Of a stretch of DNA of 64,000 bases, positions 20,724 through 29,982 are shown piece after piece. This stretch comes from an uncultured Bdellovibrionales bacterium (GTDB taxonomy: Bacteria > Bdellovibrionota > UBA1018 > CAIPTA01), in contig CAYQES010000003.1 of the NCBI GenBank assembly GCA_964416595.1, positions 1,419 through 65,418 of the forward strand, read 5' to 3'. A model generated the notes under the pieces. The model had not been told where the DNA came from. It worked only from the letters and a program-made list of their open reading frames with translations, and did not search any database. Numbering within the stretch: position 1 is the stretch's first letter; every line of letters starts with the position of its first letter. A program made the position numbers and the translations under genes.

Positions 20724-22085
20724 CTATCGGCCACCATTAGAAAGTTCAAGTAGGCGTTCCACAGCCCGAGCTAAGGGTTGCTCGCTGGCTGCGGCTATCT
20801 TCGCCGCTTTTTGCCAAGTCTGCGGCACGGAACTTACACCGTCCCATACGGAATCATCCTCTCTTGATTTGAGCCAAGCATCTCCTTGCGAAGAAGCTTT
20901 GGCGCCACGAACCGGCACCCAAAGAAAATCGGGGTGTAAGCTGCCATGCCATTCACCGCCTATGATATTGTCGTCTCTATCCAGCTCCAGATCGTAAGTG
21001 TAGTTCACAGCGCGATAGATATCGTTTTCAGGACCATCCGTTAGCAACTCGCTTGGCTCATCCTCAGTTACATAGGTAACTGACATAACAACTTTGACCA
21101 CGTATTCAGTGTTGGGCGAGCGATGTTCTGCGTAGGCATCATTTTTTAGGTCGCGCAGCCTTACCTTCATTTGAGAAAGCTTGTCCCCACTCTTATCCGT
21201 ATTCGGATTGATATACCTGTACTGGTAGCCAAAGACTGGCTGATTCCAAACTTCATACCCAGCGCTGGCATCCATCACAAAACTGCGCTTGTTAACACCG
21301 ATTTGATTTACGACAGAAAGATGCCAAGTTGCCGGATTAGTATCAAAACAATCTGGTCTCGTTTCACGCATGCCATCATCTCGTTCAGGTTTTTTTTCGT
21401 TGCAACGCCCACCAATAAATTTCGTGCGACCCGAGCCATTCGCCCAAAGGAGTGTGGATAAGGCTTTTAGATCGGAGGGAGTAAACGTAATGCTGCGACC
21501 ATCCGGAGCCTTAACATTCACAGCGCGAGAAGGCCTGTCCAACATAAACGATGCCGCTGCCCAGCCATGGCAAAGCCCGAACCAGGTTTCTACTTTTCCT
21601 TCCGCGTCTGCATAGGGAGCGCCCGCGTAGATCATCTTTTTTGTTAAGGTGAAGGAGGAATCTCCCATGAGTAGGTCATACTTTTCCGCAGGCGACATCT
21701 CCTCAACGCCTCCTCTTCCTAAATTCTGGATTAGGTAATCGTAGTTATACTTCCAAATCATTGCGCCATTATAGTTTGGGTCGTTATACCGATTGGCGAT
21801 TTGGCCCGCGTACGTTGGCCAATATGAATCTGTCCAAGGGGAGATTGCCAACTCCGCTTTCAGTAGCCCCTGCTTTTCCATTTCTGCAAGATTCGTATAA
21901 ACAAGTTTGTCCACCAAGTTGGCGGCTTGATCGTTTAGATCCGGGGCGATTGTCGGAAAACTTGGAGCCGCGTGTGATTTTACCCAAGCTCTGATTTTTT
22001 CTCGATAGGCATCCGTTTGTTCATTAGCGAAGGCATTTGGGACACTAAGACTCAAGATCAATAGGAATCGGATAAACTTTCTCAT
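20724..22085 (-). CDS. secreted hypothetical protein, possible Cys-His hydrolase
   Basis: Signal peptide. GLCHGWAAAS faintly resembles a papain/transglutaminase-like catalytic Cys context, and ...EWHGSLHPDF lies near the C-terminus. No firm family. Confidence 0.55.
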   Translation of the reverse strand: MRKFIRFLLILSLSVPNAFANEQTDAYREKIRAWVKSHAAPSFPTIAPDLNDQAANLVDKLVYTNLAEMEKQGLLKAELAISPWTDSYWPTYAGQIANRYNDPNYNGAMIWKYNYDYLIQNLGRGGVEEMSPAEKYDLLMGDSSFTLTKKMIYAGAPYADAEGKVETWFGLCHGWAAASFMLDRPSRAVNVKAPDGRSITFTPSDLKALSTLLWANGSGRTKFIGGRCNEKKPERDDGMRETRPDCFDTNPATWHLSVVNQIGVNKRSFVMDASAGYEVWNQPVFGYQYRYINPNTDKSGDKLSQMKVRLRDLKNDAYAEHRSPNTEYVVKVVMSVTYVTEDEPSELLTDGPENDIYRAVNYTYDLELDRDDNIIGGEWHGSLHPDFLWVPVRGAKASSQGDAWLKSREDDSVWDGVSSVPQTWQKAAKIAAASEQPLARAVERLLELSNGGR

Positions 22086-22156
22086 GGAACCCCCTGTTTG
22101 CGTGTTTTCGAGTTGCTGCTCGCCACATACGCAAACATGGGGCCAAGTTGCCTTGA

Positions 22157-23278
22157 TTAGTACGCGAGGCGCTTAAGGCGTATCAATTCAACTTGCTCAT
22201 CCTCTGGAATATTCGTGCCCGCGCTACCGGAAAATCCTTCAGCAACCGCGAATTCCAAAGCCCCGTAACAAGATTTGGCTACTCTTGTTTTCGGATACTC
22301 AGTAATACATGCCTTTAAATACATTTCGCCAAAGCGAAAAAAGAGACTGCTAGAAATTCTCGAATAAATCTGTCCGAGATAGAGCAGAGCCTCCCCTTTA
22401 TTGGGAGATTTATCGCCTGGCGCTTCCAGCACCCGCTGGAGGAGACTCGATGCACGTAAGCGGCGCACATGGAAACTGCGCTCGAGCTCAGAAACAAGAG
22501 AGAAGTCGTCGTGACGAAGGATTTTCTTTGCTTTAGCGAGGAGGGCTGTTTCTGTCATTTTGTCGTCTTTCTCGGGAGATTCTTTTGCCCATTTCGAAAA
22601 TTCATCCGACCAAGCTTTTATTTCCTGCTTCAGATAGATGGGAAATTCATTTTTTTGAGAAATTTTTTGAAAATACTTAGCCCCACCGGCAGGATCTTCA
22701 GAAACTCGAGCATAGTAAACCGCTAGCGCTAATAGAGCTTTACGCAGATTCCACTGCCCCACTTGATTGGCAGGATACGCATCAATGATTCCCTCAAATA
22801 CAGCAACACCTTTTTTGAATTGGCGCGTGGCAAAAAAATAGTCCGCCTTGTCGATATCGGCTATTTCCTTCGTATCCAAATCAGGCCATGCAAAATCTGC
22901 TGCCTTCTTTCTGGTGTGGCAGGCAATGCACATTTGAAAAGAACTTTGTAACATATATCGAGCAAATGGTTTCGCGCCTTCGTTGAAGGTCCGATTGGCG
23001 TCCTTTATATGCTGTTGAATCATGGATAAATTCACCTTCAAGGCCGGGTCATTAGAAAATGTCCCTTTACCGAGGTGAGTTAGGTGAGAATCAAGTGAGT
23101 TCAGCGATTTTTTTATCGCCGCCTCGTTGGCGGGTGCTAGAAAATCTGCATCGGTGAGGAGATATTTTTGCAGAGCTGAAATCTCGGTGGCTAGGGCATG
23201 CATATCTGGGCGCGGATCTTTATCATTCGCAAGAGCGGAGTTAAACACTAGAGCAACTAAAAAGATAAAAAGCTTCAT
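22157..23278 (-). CDS. secreted protein with a single CxxCH heme-binding motif and TPR-like helical repeats
   Basis: Signal peptide (MKLFIFLVALVFNSALA) and a CIACH motif. Confidence 0.5.
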   Translation of the reverse strand: MKLFIFLVALVFNSALANDKDPRPDMHALATEISALQKYLLTDADFLAPANEAAIKKSLNSLDSHLTHLGKGTFSNDPALKVNLSMIQQHIKDANRTFNEGAKPFARYMLQSSFQMCIACHTRKKAADFAWPDLDTKEIADIDKADYFFATRQFKKGVAVFEGIIDAYPANQVGQWNLRKALLALAVYYARVSEDPAGGAKYFQKISQKNEFPIYLKQEIKAWSDEFSKWAKESPEKDDKMTETALLAKAKKILRHDDFSLVSELERSFHVRRLRASSLLQRVLEAPGDKSPNKGEALLYLGQIYSRISSSLFFRFGEMYLKACITEYPKTRVAKSCYGALEFAVAEGFSGSAGTNIPEDEQVELIRLKRLAY

Positions 23279-23718
23279 TTTTCCTCCATTGTAATTTTCT
23301 TCCAAACGTACAAAAGCTCTTCTTCGCCTAGGGCTAAACGCAAAACCCAGTTACCATTTCGAAATGTAAAAGGCGTTCTCGTTTCACGACCATTCTGCAT
23401 ATCTGGATCTCGGCTGCATCCATAACTGTTATTAGGATCCACCCAATACACCCGATCAATCAAATGGCCATTTTCCACTCTATAGTACCCGCGCCGCTCG
23501 CAATGTTCATTTTGGCCTTCATGCCACCAGTAGAGCCGGCTCTGGCCATTGGGAAGAAATTCGTAGCGTAGACGAAGAGTTGCTCCGGGCCCTTCCGGCA
23601 TTTCTTGGCCTTTGTAGATTTTCATAAAATAGGCCCATCGGCCCACGATAGAATCTGATGCCCTCGCGCTGCTAGAAAATATGGATAGAACCACAACTAC
23701 CAGTGCGAGGAATCTCAT
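23275..23718 (-). CDS. small secreted hypothetical protein (possible lipocalin-like / protease partner)
   Basis: Signal peptide. The start overlaps the stop of the upstream M4 protease gene (TAATG). Confidence 0.5.
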   Translation of the reverse strand: MRFLALVVVVLSIFSSSARASDSIVGRWAYFMKIYKGQEMPEGPGATLRLRYEFLPNGQSRLYWWHEGQNEHCERRGYYRVENGHLIDRVYWVDPNNSYGCSRDPDMQNGRETRTPFTFRNGNWVLRLALGEEELLYVWKKITMEEK

Positions 23719-25103
23719 TATTGCACCTTCCAGCCGCGGGCACGAGCGAACTGCAGTACCGCCTGCGTTTGGTCATTTGTTAGAAGCCCTTGCGCAGCGT
23801 TGGCGAGCGCGCCAGGAAAATCATCGAATTTTCCGCCCTTTCCGAGTCGGACTAATGTGCGAAACGCTAGCTTAGCGGTGAGTTCCGTTCCTAATGTAGC
23901 TTTCATATCCCAGAAGGTGGCCCCCACGATCGTGCCGTTTTGGTAAACTCCTGGCGCAAAGTCTTTATAGGCCATGAGGCGATTGTCGAGCGTTCTTCGG
24001 TAAGGGCCCTTCAAATAAGAAGCTTCCCCCATCCGAGGATTGTCGAGAATCAGGGCAGTGAAGAGATCAGCAAATCCCTCATTGAACGCTCCGCCTTCCC
24101 CTTCCGATGGCAGGCCAGTGTAAGCATCGATCACAGCGTGAATTCCTTCGTGAATTAGAATGGATGGGTCGCGAATCATGTCTTTATAAATTTGGCCATC
24201 TCCTGTTCCGAGGTAGATGGTGTTTTGGTGATAAAAAGCAGCATTGCTTACGCCTCCCTCGCCCACATGCAAGCGAACATTGATCGGATGATCCAGTTCT
24301 ATTCCTAGGCGCTCCTTTAGCCAGCGATATCCCTGGTCGATTGTGAAATACGCTTGGCCGAGATCAAAGCGGCGATCATCTTGAGGAAAGAAAAAAGTAA
24401 GCTCAGGCGACCATACCTTTAAGTCCAAGGCCGAAATAACGTGCAATAACCGCCCCGTCATGGTGCCATCGCCCGTAAGATCACGTAGTATCTCTTCTTG
24501 CACACCGTACTTTGGACCCTTGGGGAACACGACAGCTCTTCCATCGGCGCCATCCCAATCCAACTTTCCACTTTCTAAAACACTACTATCTTTAGCTATG
24601 AGAACATAGCGGAGTTGGTCGCCAGTGGTAGATAGATACTCTACTCTCCAATACGGAATCCATTCTCCCTCTTCATTTTTGCGCACTTCAAGTGAAGGAG
24701 GAAAAACCCTAGAAGCTGTTTTCAATTCAGACAAAGTTTTCATCGCTCGCTCTAGCGCATCGGAAAGATTTTTTTCAGAAGCACTTAAGCTTAGCTTGAC
24801 TGGTAAATTATCCATCACTGCGCCAGCGCTGTAAGTAACTTCTCCGTCTGGATCAAGGATGGTTTGTTTCCAGGTTCCGGCAACATGGGCTAAACCAATG
24901 GATTGGCCCTCTCGAGAAACAAATTCTCCCACTCCCTTTAGAATATTCTTATTGTGTTTGGGTGCCTCGGCAATGAGTTCGCCCGTTAGGAGCTGAGGGC
25001 GCTGAGTTCCCGGGCGGGCGTGCCGAAACTTACGAAGTTGCTCCTTCGCAAACCCCTGCACAGGTAATAGAATAAAAAATATGGCTGCTACAATTCGCTT
25101 CAT
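23718..25103 (-). CDS. M4 (thermolysin-like) zinc metalloprotease, secreted
   Basis: HEGIHAVID (HExxH) plus the downstream NEGFADLF Glu ligand motif. Signal peptide. Confidence 0.8.
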   Translation of the reverse strand: MKRIVAAIFFILLPVQGFAKEQLRKFRHARPGTQRPQLLTGELIAEAPKHNKNILKGVGEFVSREGQSIGLAHVAGTWKQTILDPDGEVTYSAGAVMDNLPVKLSLSASEKNLSDALERAMKTLSELKTASRVFPPSLEVRKNEEGEWIPYWRVEYLSTTGDQLRYVLIAKDSSVLESGKLDWDGADGRAVVFPKGPKYGVQEEILRDLTGDGTMTGRLLHVISALDLKVWSPELTFFFPQDDRRFDLGQAYFTIDQGYRWLKERLGIELDHPINVRLHVGEGGVSNAAFYHQNTIYLGTGDGQIYKDMIRDPSILIHEGIHAVIDAYTGLPSEGEGGAFNEGFADLFTALILDNPRMGEASYLKGPYRRTLDNRLMAYKDFAPGVYQNGTIVGATFWDMKATLGTELTAKLAFRTLVRLGKGGKFDDFPGALANAAQGLLTNDQTQAVLQFARARGWKVQ

Positions 25104-25170
25104 AAATCCTCCCAAAGAAAAAAACCTCCCCGGATCTGGTCCAGGGAGGGAAAAGACTTGTGCTCAATTT

Positions 25171-25566
25171 CTATTGCTCGATAGTGAGCCGCTTTTCCAT
25201 GTATGTGCCGTCGCCATTCATGAAATGGATTTGATGCGTGCCCGTAGCTAGCTTTCCAAGTTGCACTTCCCGGTGAAAGGGAATAATCACTGTGAGGCAC
25301 AGACCTTCGGTTACAATCGCGTTTGTGGTCACTTCGTGGAGCAATGGGCCCACATGTTCTACTTTTACATCTTTTAGCTTGTAGCAGCTGTGTGGGAACC
25401 AACCGTTTACTACCACAAATGCATCGGACCCAGAGTCGAATCCATTGGGAATATAAACATCGTTGATGGGAACAACCTTCTCGTGTTTGTCTCCCTCCTT
25501 GGCTTCTGCGCCGAAAGAGAAAGTAAGAGTCATTGCAATTGCTGTAACCATCAGAAAATTTTTCAT
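25171..25566 (-). CDS. small secreted hypothetical protein
   Basis: Signal peptide MKNFLMVTAIAMTLTFSFGAEA. RBS GGGAG. Confidence 0.45.
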   Translation of the reverse strand: MKNFLMVTAIAMTLTFSFGAEAKEGDKHEKVVPINDVYIPNGFDSGSDAFVVVNGWFPHSCYKLKDVKVEHVGPLLHEVTTNAIVTEGLCLTVIIPFHREVQLGKLATGTHQIHFMNGDGTYMEKRLTIEQ

Positions 25567-25718
25567 ATCCATCACTCCCATGTGTTTGTTGATGACCTTT
25601 CGGTCTTGCACACGCTAGAGCAACTGATGTGCCACAGTTATTTTCCGTGAGCACCGCATTCTTGAACCTCTGAATCGATAGCTGGCTGTGACAGGAGACA
25701 CTCCTGTAATTTTTTGAG

Positions 25719-26324
25719 CTATTTTTTCTCATCTTCATTTTCCAGCTGTAGATTGCCAGAGACCGCCGCCAAAACTTCGGACACCTTTACTGCAAAGGAG
25801 CGGTTGTTGCGGATATGAATGAAACGAGGGTGCTTAGACCAGAGACGAAATGTTTCTTGGTCAAGGCGCCTTGCCTCTTCCCAATCTTCCTTACGATTTG
25901 GATTTTTAGCTTTATGAACGAGATAGTCACGCTCTGCGGCACTTTCTAAATAAATAACGCATCCATACCTATTTAACTCCGCCTCCAAACTGGTGTTCAA
26001 ACTTCTAAAAAATGCATCGGAACCTTCTGGCCAATAGGCTGCTCCATCCACGCTTGCGCGATCTAAAATAAGTGCCTTATCAGGAAATTGTGCAGAAAAA
26101 GCCGCTTCTAAGCTGTGTTGAGTGGCAAAAATCGCCCTTTGGATGGCGCGCTGCGCCTCTAAAGGAGAAAAACGCGGAAATCCCCCCGAAAAAAGAAGGG
26201 ATGCCGCCTCAGGAACATTCACAACACTATGCTGATAGGCCCTTGCAATCATTTCGGCAAGCGTTGTCTTGCCCGCACATGGCCCCCCCGTAAGCACGAT
26301 TTTGAAATCTTTAGAATTGCTCAT
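25719..26324 (-). CDS. P-loop NTPase (AAA_28 / NadR-kinase-like)
   Basis: Walker A GGPCAGKTTLAE, ~200 aa. Confidence 0.55.
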   Translation of the reverse strand: MSNSKDFKIVLTGGPCAGKTTLAEMIARAYQHSVVNVPEAASLLFSGGFPRFSPLEAQRAIQRAIFATQHSLEAAFSAQFPDKALILDRASVDGAAYWPEGSDAFFRSLNTSLEAELNRYGCVIYLESAAERDYLVHKAKNPNRKEDWEEARRLDQETFRLWSKHPRFIHIRNNRSFAVKVSEVLAAVSGNLQLENEDEKK

Positions 26325-27343
26325 GGAACCCTCACCTCGTTCTGAAGTGGTTGCCCGCGTTCAAACTCACTTAAGTTAGTAAGAGTAGTTGAAACGATTC
26401 CTCTCAATGCCTCTTCCGTTAGAAACGCTTGATGGGCCGTAATCAATACGTTGGGAAATGTCATCAACCGGGCAAGTATATCATCCTGAAGCACCGAGCA
26501 CGAAAGATCTTGGAAAAACACATTTTCTTCTTCCTCGTAAACATCAAGGCCCGCGGCGCCGATCTTACCGGCCTTCAGAGCGTCGATCATTGCCTTTGTA
26601 TCAATCAATCCGCCTCTGCCCGTGTTAATCAACATCACCCCATGCTTCATTTTAGCGATAGCATTGGCATTAATAATATGATGAGAGTTTTGCGTAAGAG
26701 GCAAGTGAAGACTGATTATATCCGACTGCTCAAGAAGCTGATCCAGAGGTACATACAAGGCCCCCATAGCCATCAGCCGTTGATCCTCCAGCAAATCATA
26801 GACTAAGACCTTACATCCAAAACCTTTCATGATTTTGGCCAACGCGCCGCCAATTCTACCTGCACCAATAATACCTACTGTTTTTCCGTGTAAATCAAAT
26901 CCCACCAAGCCATCCAAGGAAAAATTTAGCTCCCTCACTCTAGCTACGGCCCTACAGAGCTTCCGATTCAGTGCCAGCATTAATCCAACCGCATGTTCAG
27001 CAATGGCATAGGGAGAATATGCCGGCACCCGCACCACCTTAATTCCTAAAGCCGCGGCCTCCTTAATATCAACATGATTAAAGCCGGCAGAACGGAGGGC
27101 AATTACTCCCACGCCCGCTTCCTTCAACTTTTTTAATACTACGGCATTTACCTGATCATGGGCAAATACACACACAGCTGGATAGCCAGAGGCCAAATGA
27201 GCTGTCTGCTCCGTAAGCCGCAGATCAAGAAAGGTAAGATCGTGGCCGTGCTGTTCGTTCAGCGCATCAAAGAATGGCTTCTCGAACTTGTGGGTATCAA
27301 AGACTACGGCTTTCATAGTGTAAATTCCTTTGCTGTTACCCAT
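26321..27343 (-). CDS. D-isomer-specific 2-hydroxyacid dehydrogenase (D-lactate dehydrogenase-like)
   Basis: NAD-binding GIIGAGRIGGALA plus catalytic R/E/H region (LINTGRGGLID ... DVYEEE). Confidence 0.8.
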   Translation of the reverse strand: MGNSKGIYTMKAVVFDTHKFEKPFFDALNEQHGHDLTFLDLRLTEQTAHLASGYPAVCVFAHDQVNAVVLKKLKEAGVGVIALRSAGFNHVDIKEAAALGIKVVRVPAYSPYAIAEHAVGLMLALNRKLCRAVARVRELNFSLDGLVGFDLHGKTVGIIGAGRIGGALAKIMKGFGCKVLVYDLLEDQRLMAMGALYVPLDQLLEQSDIISLHLPLTQNSHHIINANAIAKMKHGVMLINTGRGGLIDTKAMIDALKAGKIGAAGLDVYEEEENVFFQDLSCSVLQDDILARLMTFPNVLITAHQAFLTEEALRGIVSTTLTNLSEFERGQPLQNEVRVP

Positions 27344-27560
27344 TCAGAAAGTGGGCCAAGTTTATGGGACACAATTGAAATAAGCATAAACCAATTCGGG
27401 ACGTATTCATCCTCGCTTGAGCCAGAATGTCTCACTTTAAATTACGCTCTTCCCCAAATCGAAATTATACGTGCGTTCCATTTACTTCCTTGGCCCGATT
27501 TCTGCTTTATTCTCAAAGGAAGGGTGTAAAGCCCAAAGCAAATTTGCCAGGAGTGAACCA

Positions 27561-27989
27561 ATGAAAGCGATCCCACAAGTTGAAAAATTTATGACCCCCA
27601 TGCCTCACACAATCAATTCGGGCATGCCGATCAAAACGGCAAAAGCAATGATGAGAAAATATGGGGTTCGTCACCTACCCGTCCAGGTAGCCGGGCATCT
27701 TGTTGGAGTTGTAACCGACCGAGATCTAAAATTAGCCCTCTCATTTAAAAACACGGAAAATCTATTTGTTGACGATGTAATGACGCCCGACCCCTATGCA
27801 GTACACCCCACCACTAAATTCGGTGAAGTTGTAAAAACCATGGCAGAGCATAAGTACGGTTGCGCTATTGTGCAGAATTTCGATGGAAAGGTAGTAGGGA
27901 TTTTCACCGCCACTGACGGCTTACGCGCTTTTGGAAAAATGCTTGAGAAAACATCCAAGGTGACGCGTAGAAAAGGAGTAAAAAAATGA
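27561..27989 (+). CDS. CBS-pair domain protein
   Basis: Two CBS motifs (MTPMPHTINSGMPI..., VDDVMTPDPYAVHP...). Confidence 0.7.
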   Translation: MKAIPQVEKFMTPMPHTINSGMPIKTAKAMMRKYGVRHLPVQVAGHLVGVVTDRDLKLALSFKNTENLFVDDVMTPDPYAVHPTTKFGEVVKTMAEHKYGCAIVQNFDGKVVGIFTATDGLRAFGKMLEKTSKVTRRKGVKK

Positions 27990-28360
27990 ATGCCTTTGTA
28001 ATCTGGATTGATCGTGAACATGCCAAGATTTTTCCAGTCTCTGAAGAAAGATTGGAGAAAAAGACACTGCTTGCGAAGCAAAGTGAACACCACACCCATA
28101 AACTCGACAACTTAGATCATCAGAGACAAGAAAACTGGCTTTTTGAGGAGTCAGTAGCGTATATGCGAAATGCTGAAAAGATTTTAGTCTTAGGGCCTGG
28201 CGTGGCCAAGCATCACTTTATAACCTATCTTATGGAGCAACACCCCGCCTTAGCTAGGAAAGTCACGGACTGTGAAACAGTGGACCACCCTAGCGACGCG
28301 CAAATTATAGCCTATGCAAAAAAATATTTTCAGATAGGTGTCTTGGCCGCCACGAAATAG
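27986..28360 (+). CDS. hypothetical protein, possibly host-attachment-protein (Hap/PF10116-like) family
   Basis: N-terminal FVIWIDREHAKIF pattern resembles Hap-family N-termini. The start overlaps the CBS gene stop (ATGA). Confidence 0.4.
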   Translation: MNAFVIWIDREHAKIFPVSEERLEKKTLLAKQSEHHTHKLDNLDHQRQENWLFEESVAYMRNAEKILVLGPGVAKHHFITYLMEQHPALARKVTDCETVDHPSDAQIIAYAKKYFQIGVLAATK

Positions 28361-28378
28361 AGGCAAGAAAGCAAAAAA

Positions 28379-29506
28379 TCATACCCCCTTGGGCAGAGTA
28401 AGCAAAAATTCAGCACCCTGCCCCTCTTTACTTTTCGCTTCAATAGTTCCACCCCAGGACTCCACGATGCGGTAACTAGTAGCCAATCCAAGCCCTGTGC
28501 CACTTCCAATATCCTTCGTGGTGAAGAATGGCTTAAAAAGATTTTTCATATTGGCTTCAGAAATTCCACAGCCTGAATCGAGTAGAGATACAAGCCAAGA
28601 TGTTCCCGCGTCGCGCACAGAAATAGTGATGAAATGCCTATTTTTTCCGCCCTTTCTGGCGGTATCGATTGCGTGAACAGAATTCACTAAAAGATTCAAT
28701 AGAACCTGATGAAGAGGTCCAGATTCAGCTTTCACCAATATCTGATTGCCAGTTGGTAGTTCGTTACGAAGATCAATTTCGTGTTTTCTGAACTCATGCC
28801 CCATGAGTTCTAGCACTTCGTTAAGCACCTCATTAAAAGAAATTGTTTCTACCCGCTTCGTGCCATCACCCCTTGCCAAATTCAAAAGGGAACGAATCAG
28901 TTTAGACACCCGATCGATCTGAGCAATGATCACATCTGCATTTTTCTTGATATCGGGATCCTTTCTAAGTTTCATTTCTAGATATTCAGCTCGACCACGA
29001 ATAACTCCCAGCGGAGTTCCAATCTCATGGGCCAAACTTGAGGCAAGCAATCCCACGGACGCCATCCTGTCTTGCACCAGGATCTGTGCTTCTCGATCTA
29101 AAATTGCTTGCACAGATTTCGCGCGGTGAATCGCATACCGAATAGCGCGCTCGAGTAAAAAAGAATTAACCTGATCTTTTACTAAATAGTCGGCTGCCCC
29201 GAGTCGCATTGCTTCAAGATCCACCTCCTGCTCACCATAACCGGTAAGCAGAATAATCGGCACCTTGCATCCTTCGGAGATCGTTTCCCGAAGCAAATCC
29301 AGGCCCGTTCTCCCTCCGAGCCTAAAATCCATGAAACAAACATCAAACTCGCCCGTTAGGAGTGAAGATTTTCCCGCATCAAAGGAAGGGGCCCACTCCA
29401 CCTTAAATTTCTGCCCACGCACCTGAGAAAGCAGATCGCGAAACATGAGATGATCGTCTTCATCATCGTCGATAAGAAGAATTCTGATTGGCTGGCTGGA
29501 CATCAT
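28379..29506 (-). CDS. hybrid response-regulator receiver + histidine kinase
   Basis: N-terminal REC (ILLIDDDEDD...) followed by HisKA H-box SSLAHEIGTPL and HATPase_c G-boxes. Confidence 0.8.
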   Translation of the reverse strand: MMSSQPIRILLIDDDEDDHLMFRDLLSQVRGQKFKVEWAPSFDAGKSSLLTGEFDVCFMDFRLGGRTGLDLLRETISEGCKVPIILLTGYGEQEVDLEAMRLGAADYLVKDQVNSFLLERAIRYAIHRAKSVQAILDREAQILVQDRMASVGLLASSLAHEIGTPLGVIRGRAEYLEMKLRKDPDIKKNADVIIAQIDRVSKLIRSLLNLARGDGTKRVETISFNEVLNEVLELMGHEFRKHEIDLRNELPTGNQILVKAESGPLHQVLLNLLVNSVHAIDTARKGGKNRHFITISVRDAGTSWLVSLLDSGCGISEANMKNLFKPFFTTKDIGSGTGLGLATSYRIVESWGGTIEAKSKEGQGAEFLLTLPKGV

Positions 29507-29982
29507 TTTAATTTTGCTCTTTCGTGGCTTATCATTTCAGGAGGCAGCTCTACGATTTCAAACCAATAGCGGCCAAGATCGCGGGTAATAGACACAAGCG
29601 AGTCGAATGTAACCGGTTTTGTAATAAATGAATTCACGCCAAGGTTGTAGGTTCGATACACATCTTCCTCGGCTTTAGACGTAGTCAACACCACGATTGG
29701 AATTCCCCGCAATTCTGGATCACTCTTTATTTCTTTGAGCGCTTCCCTGCCGTCTTTACGAGGCATATTTAAATCTAGGAGAATCAATCCAGGCCGAGGG
29801 CTTTGGGCGCCGGTGTACTTTCCTTTTCTCCTCAAGAAATCCATTAAATCCTCTCCGTCCTCCACAAAATGTAAATCATTTGCCAAACGATTTTCCCGAA
29901 GAGCGTCTTGGATCATCATGCGATCATCTGCATCATCATCGGCAACGAGAATGGTGATTGGTCTAATATTTTTAACGCTCAT
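29503..29982 (-). CDS. single-domain response regulator (CheY-like receiver)
   Basis: REC domain (ILVADDDADD ... LLDLNMPRKDG). 4-nt overlaps with the genes on both sides. Confidence 0.8.
   Translation of the reverse strand: MSVKNIRPITILVADDDADDRMMIQDALRENRLANDLHFVEDGEDLMDFLRRKGKYTGAQSPRPGLILLDLNMPRKDGREALKEIKSDPELRGIPIVVLTTSKAEEDVYRTYNLGVNSFITKPVTFDSLVSITRDLGRYWFEIVELPPEMISHERAKLK

Noticed and set aside
25100-25738. 212-aa minus-strand ORF spanning the 25116-25718 region
   Set aside because: It overlaps the better-supported 25171..25566 signal-peptide ORF in another frame, and its low-complexity Cys/Arg-rich product has no start context.
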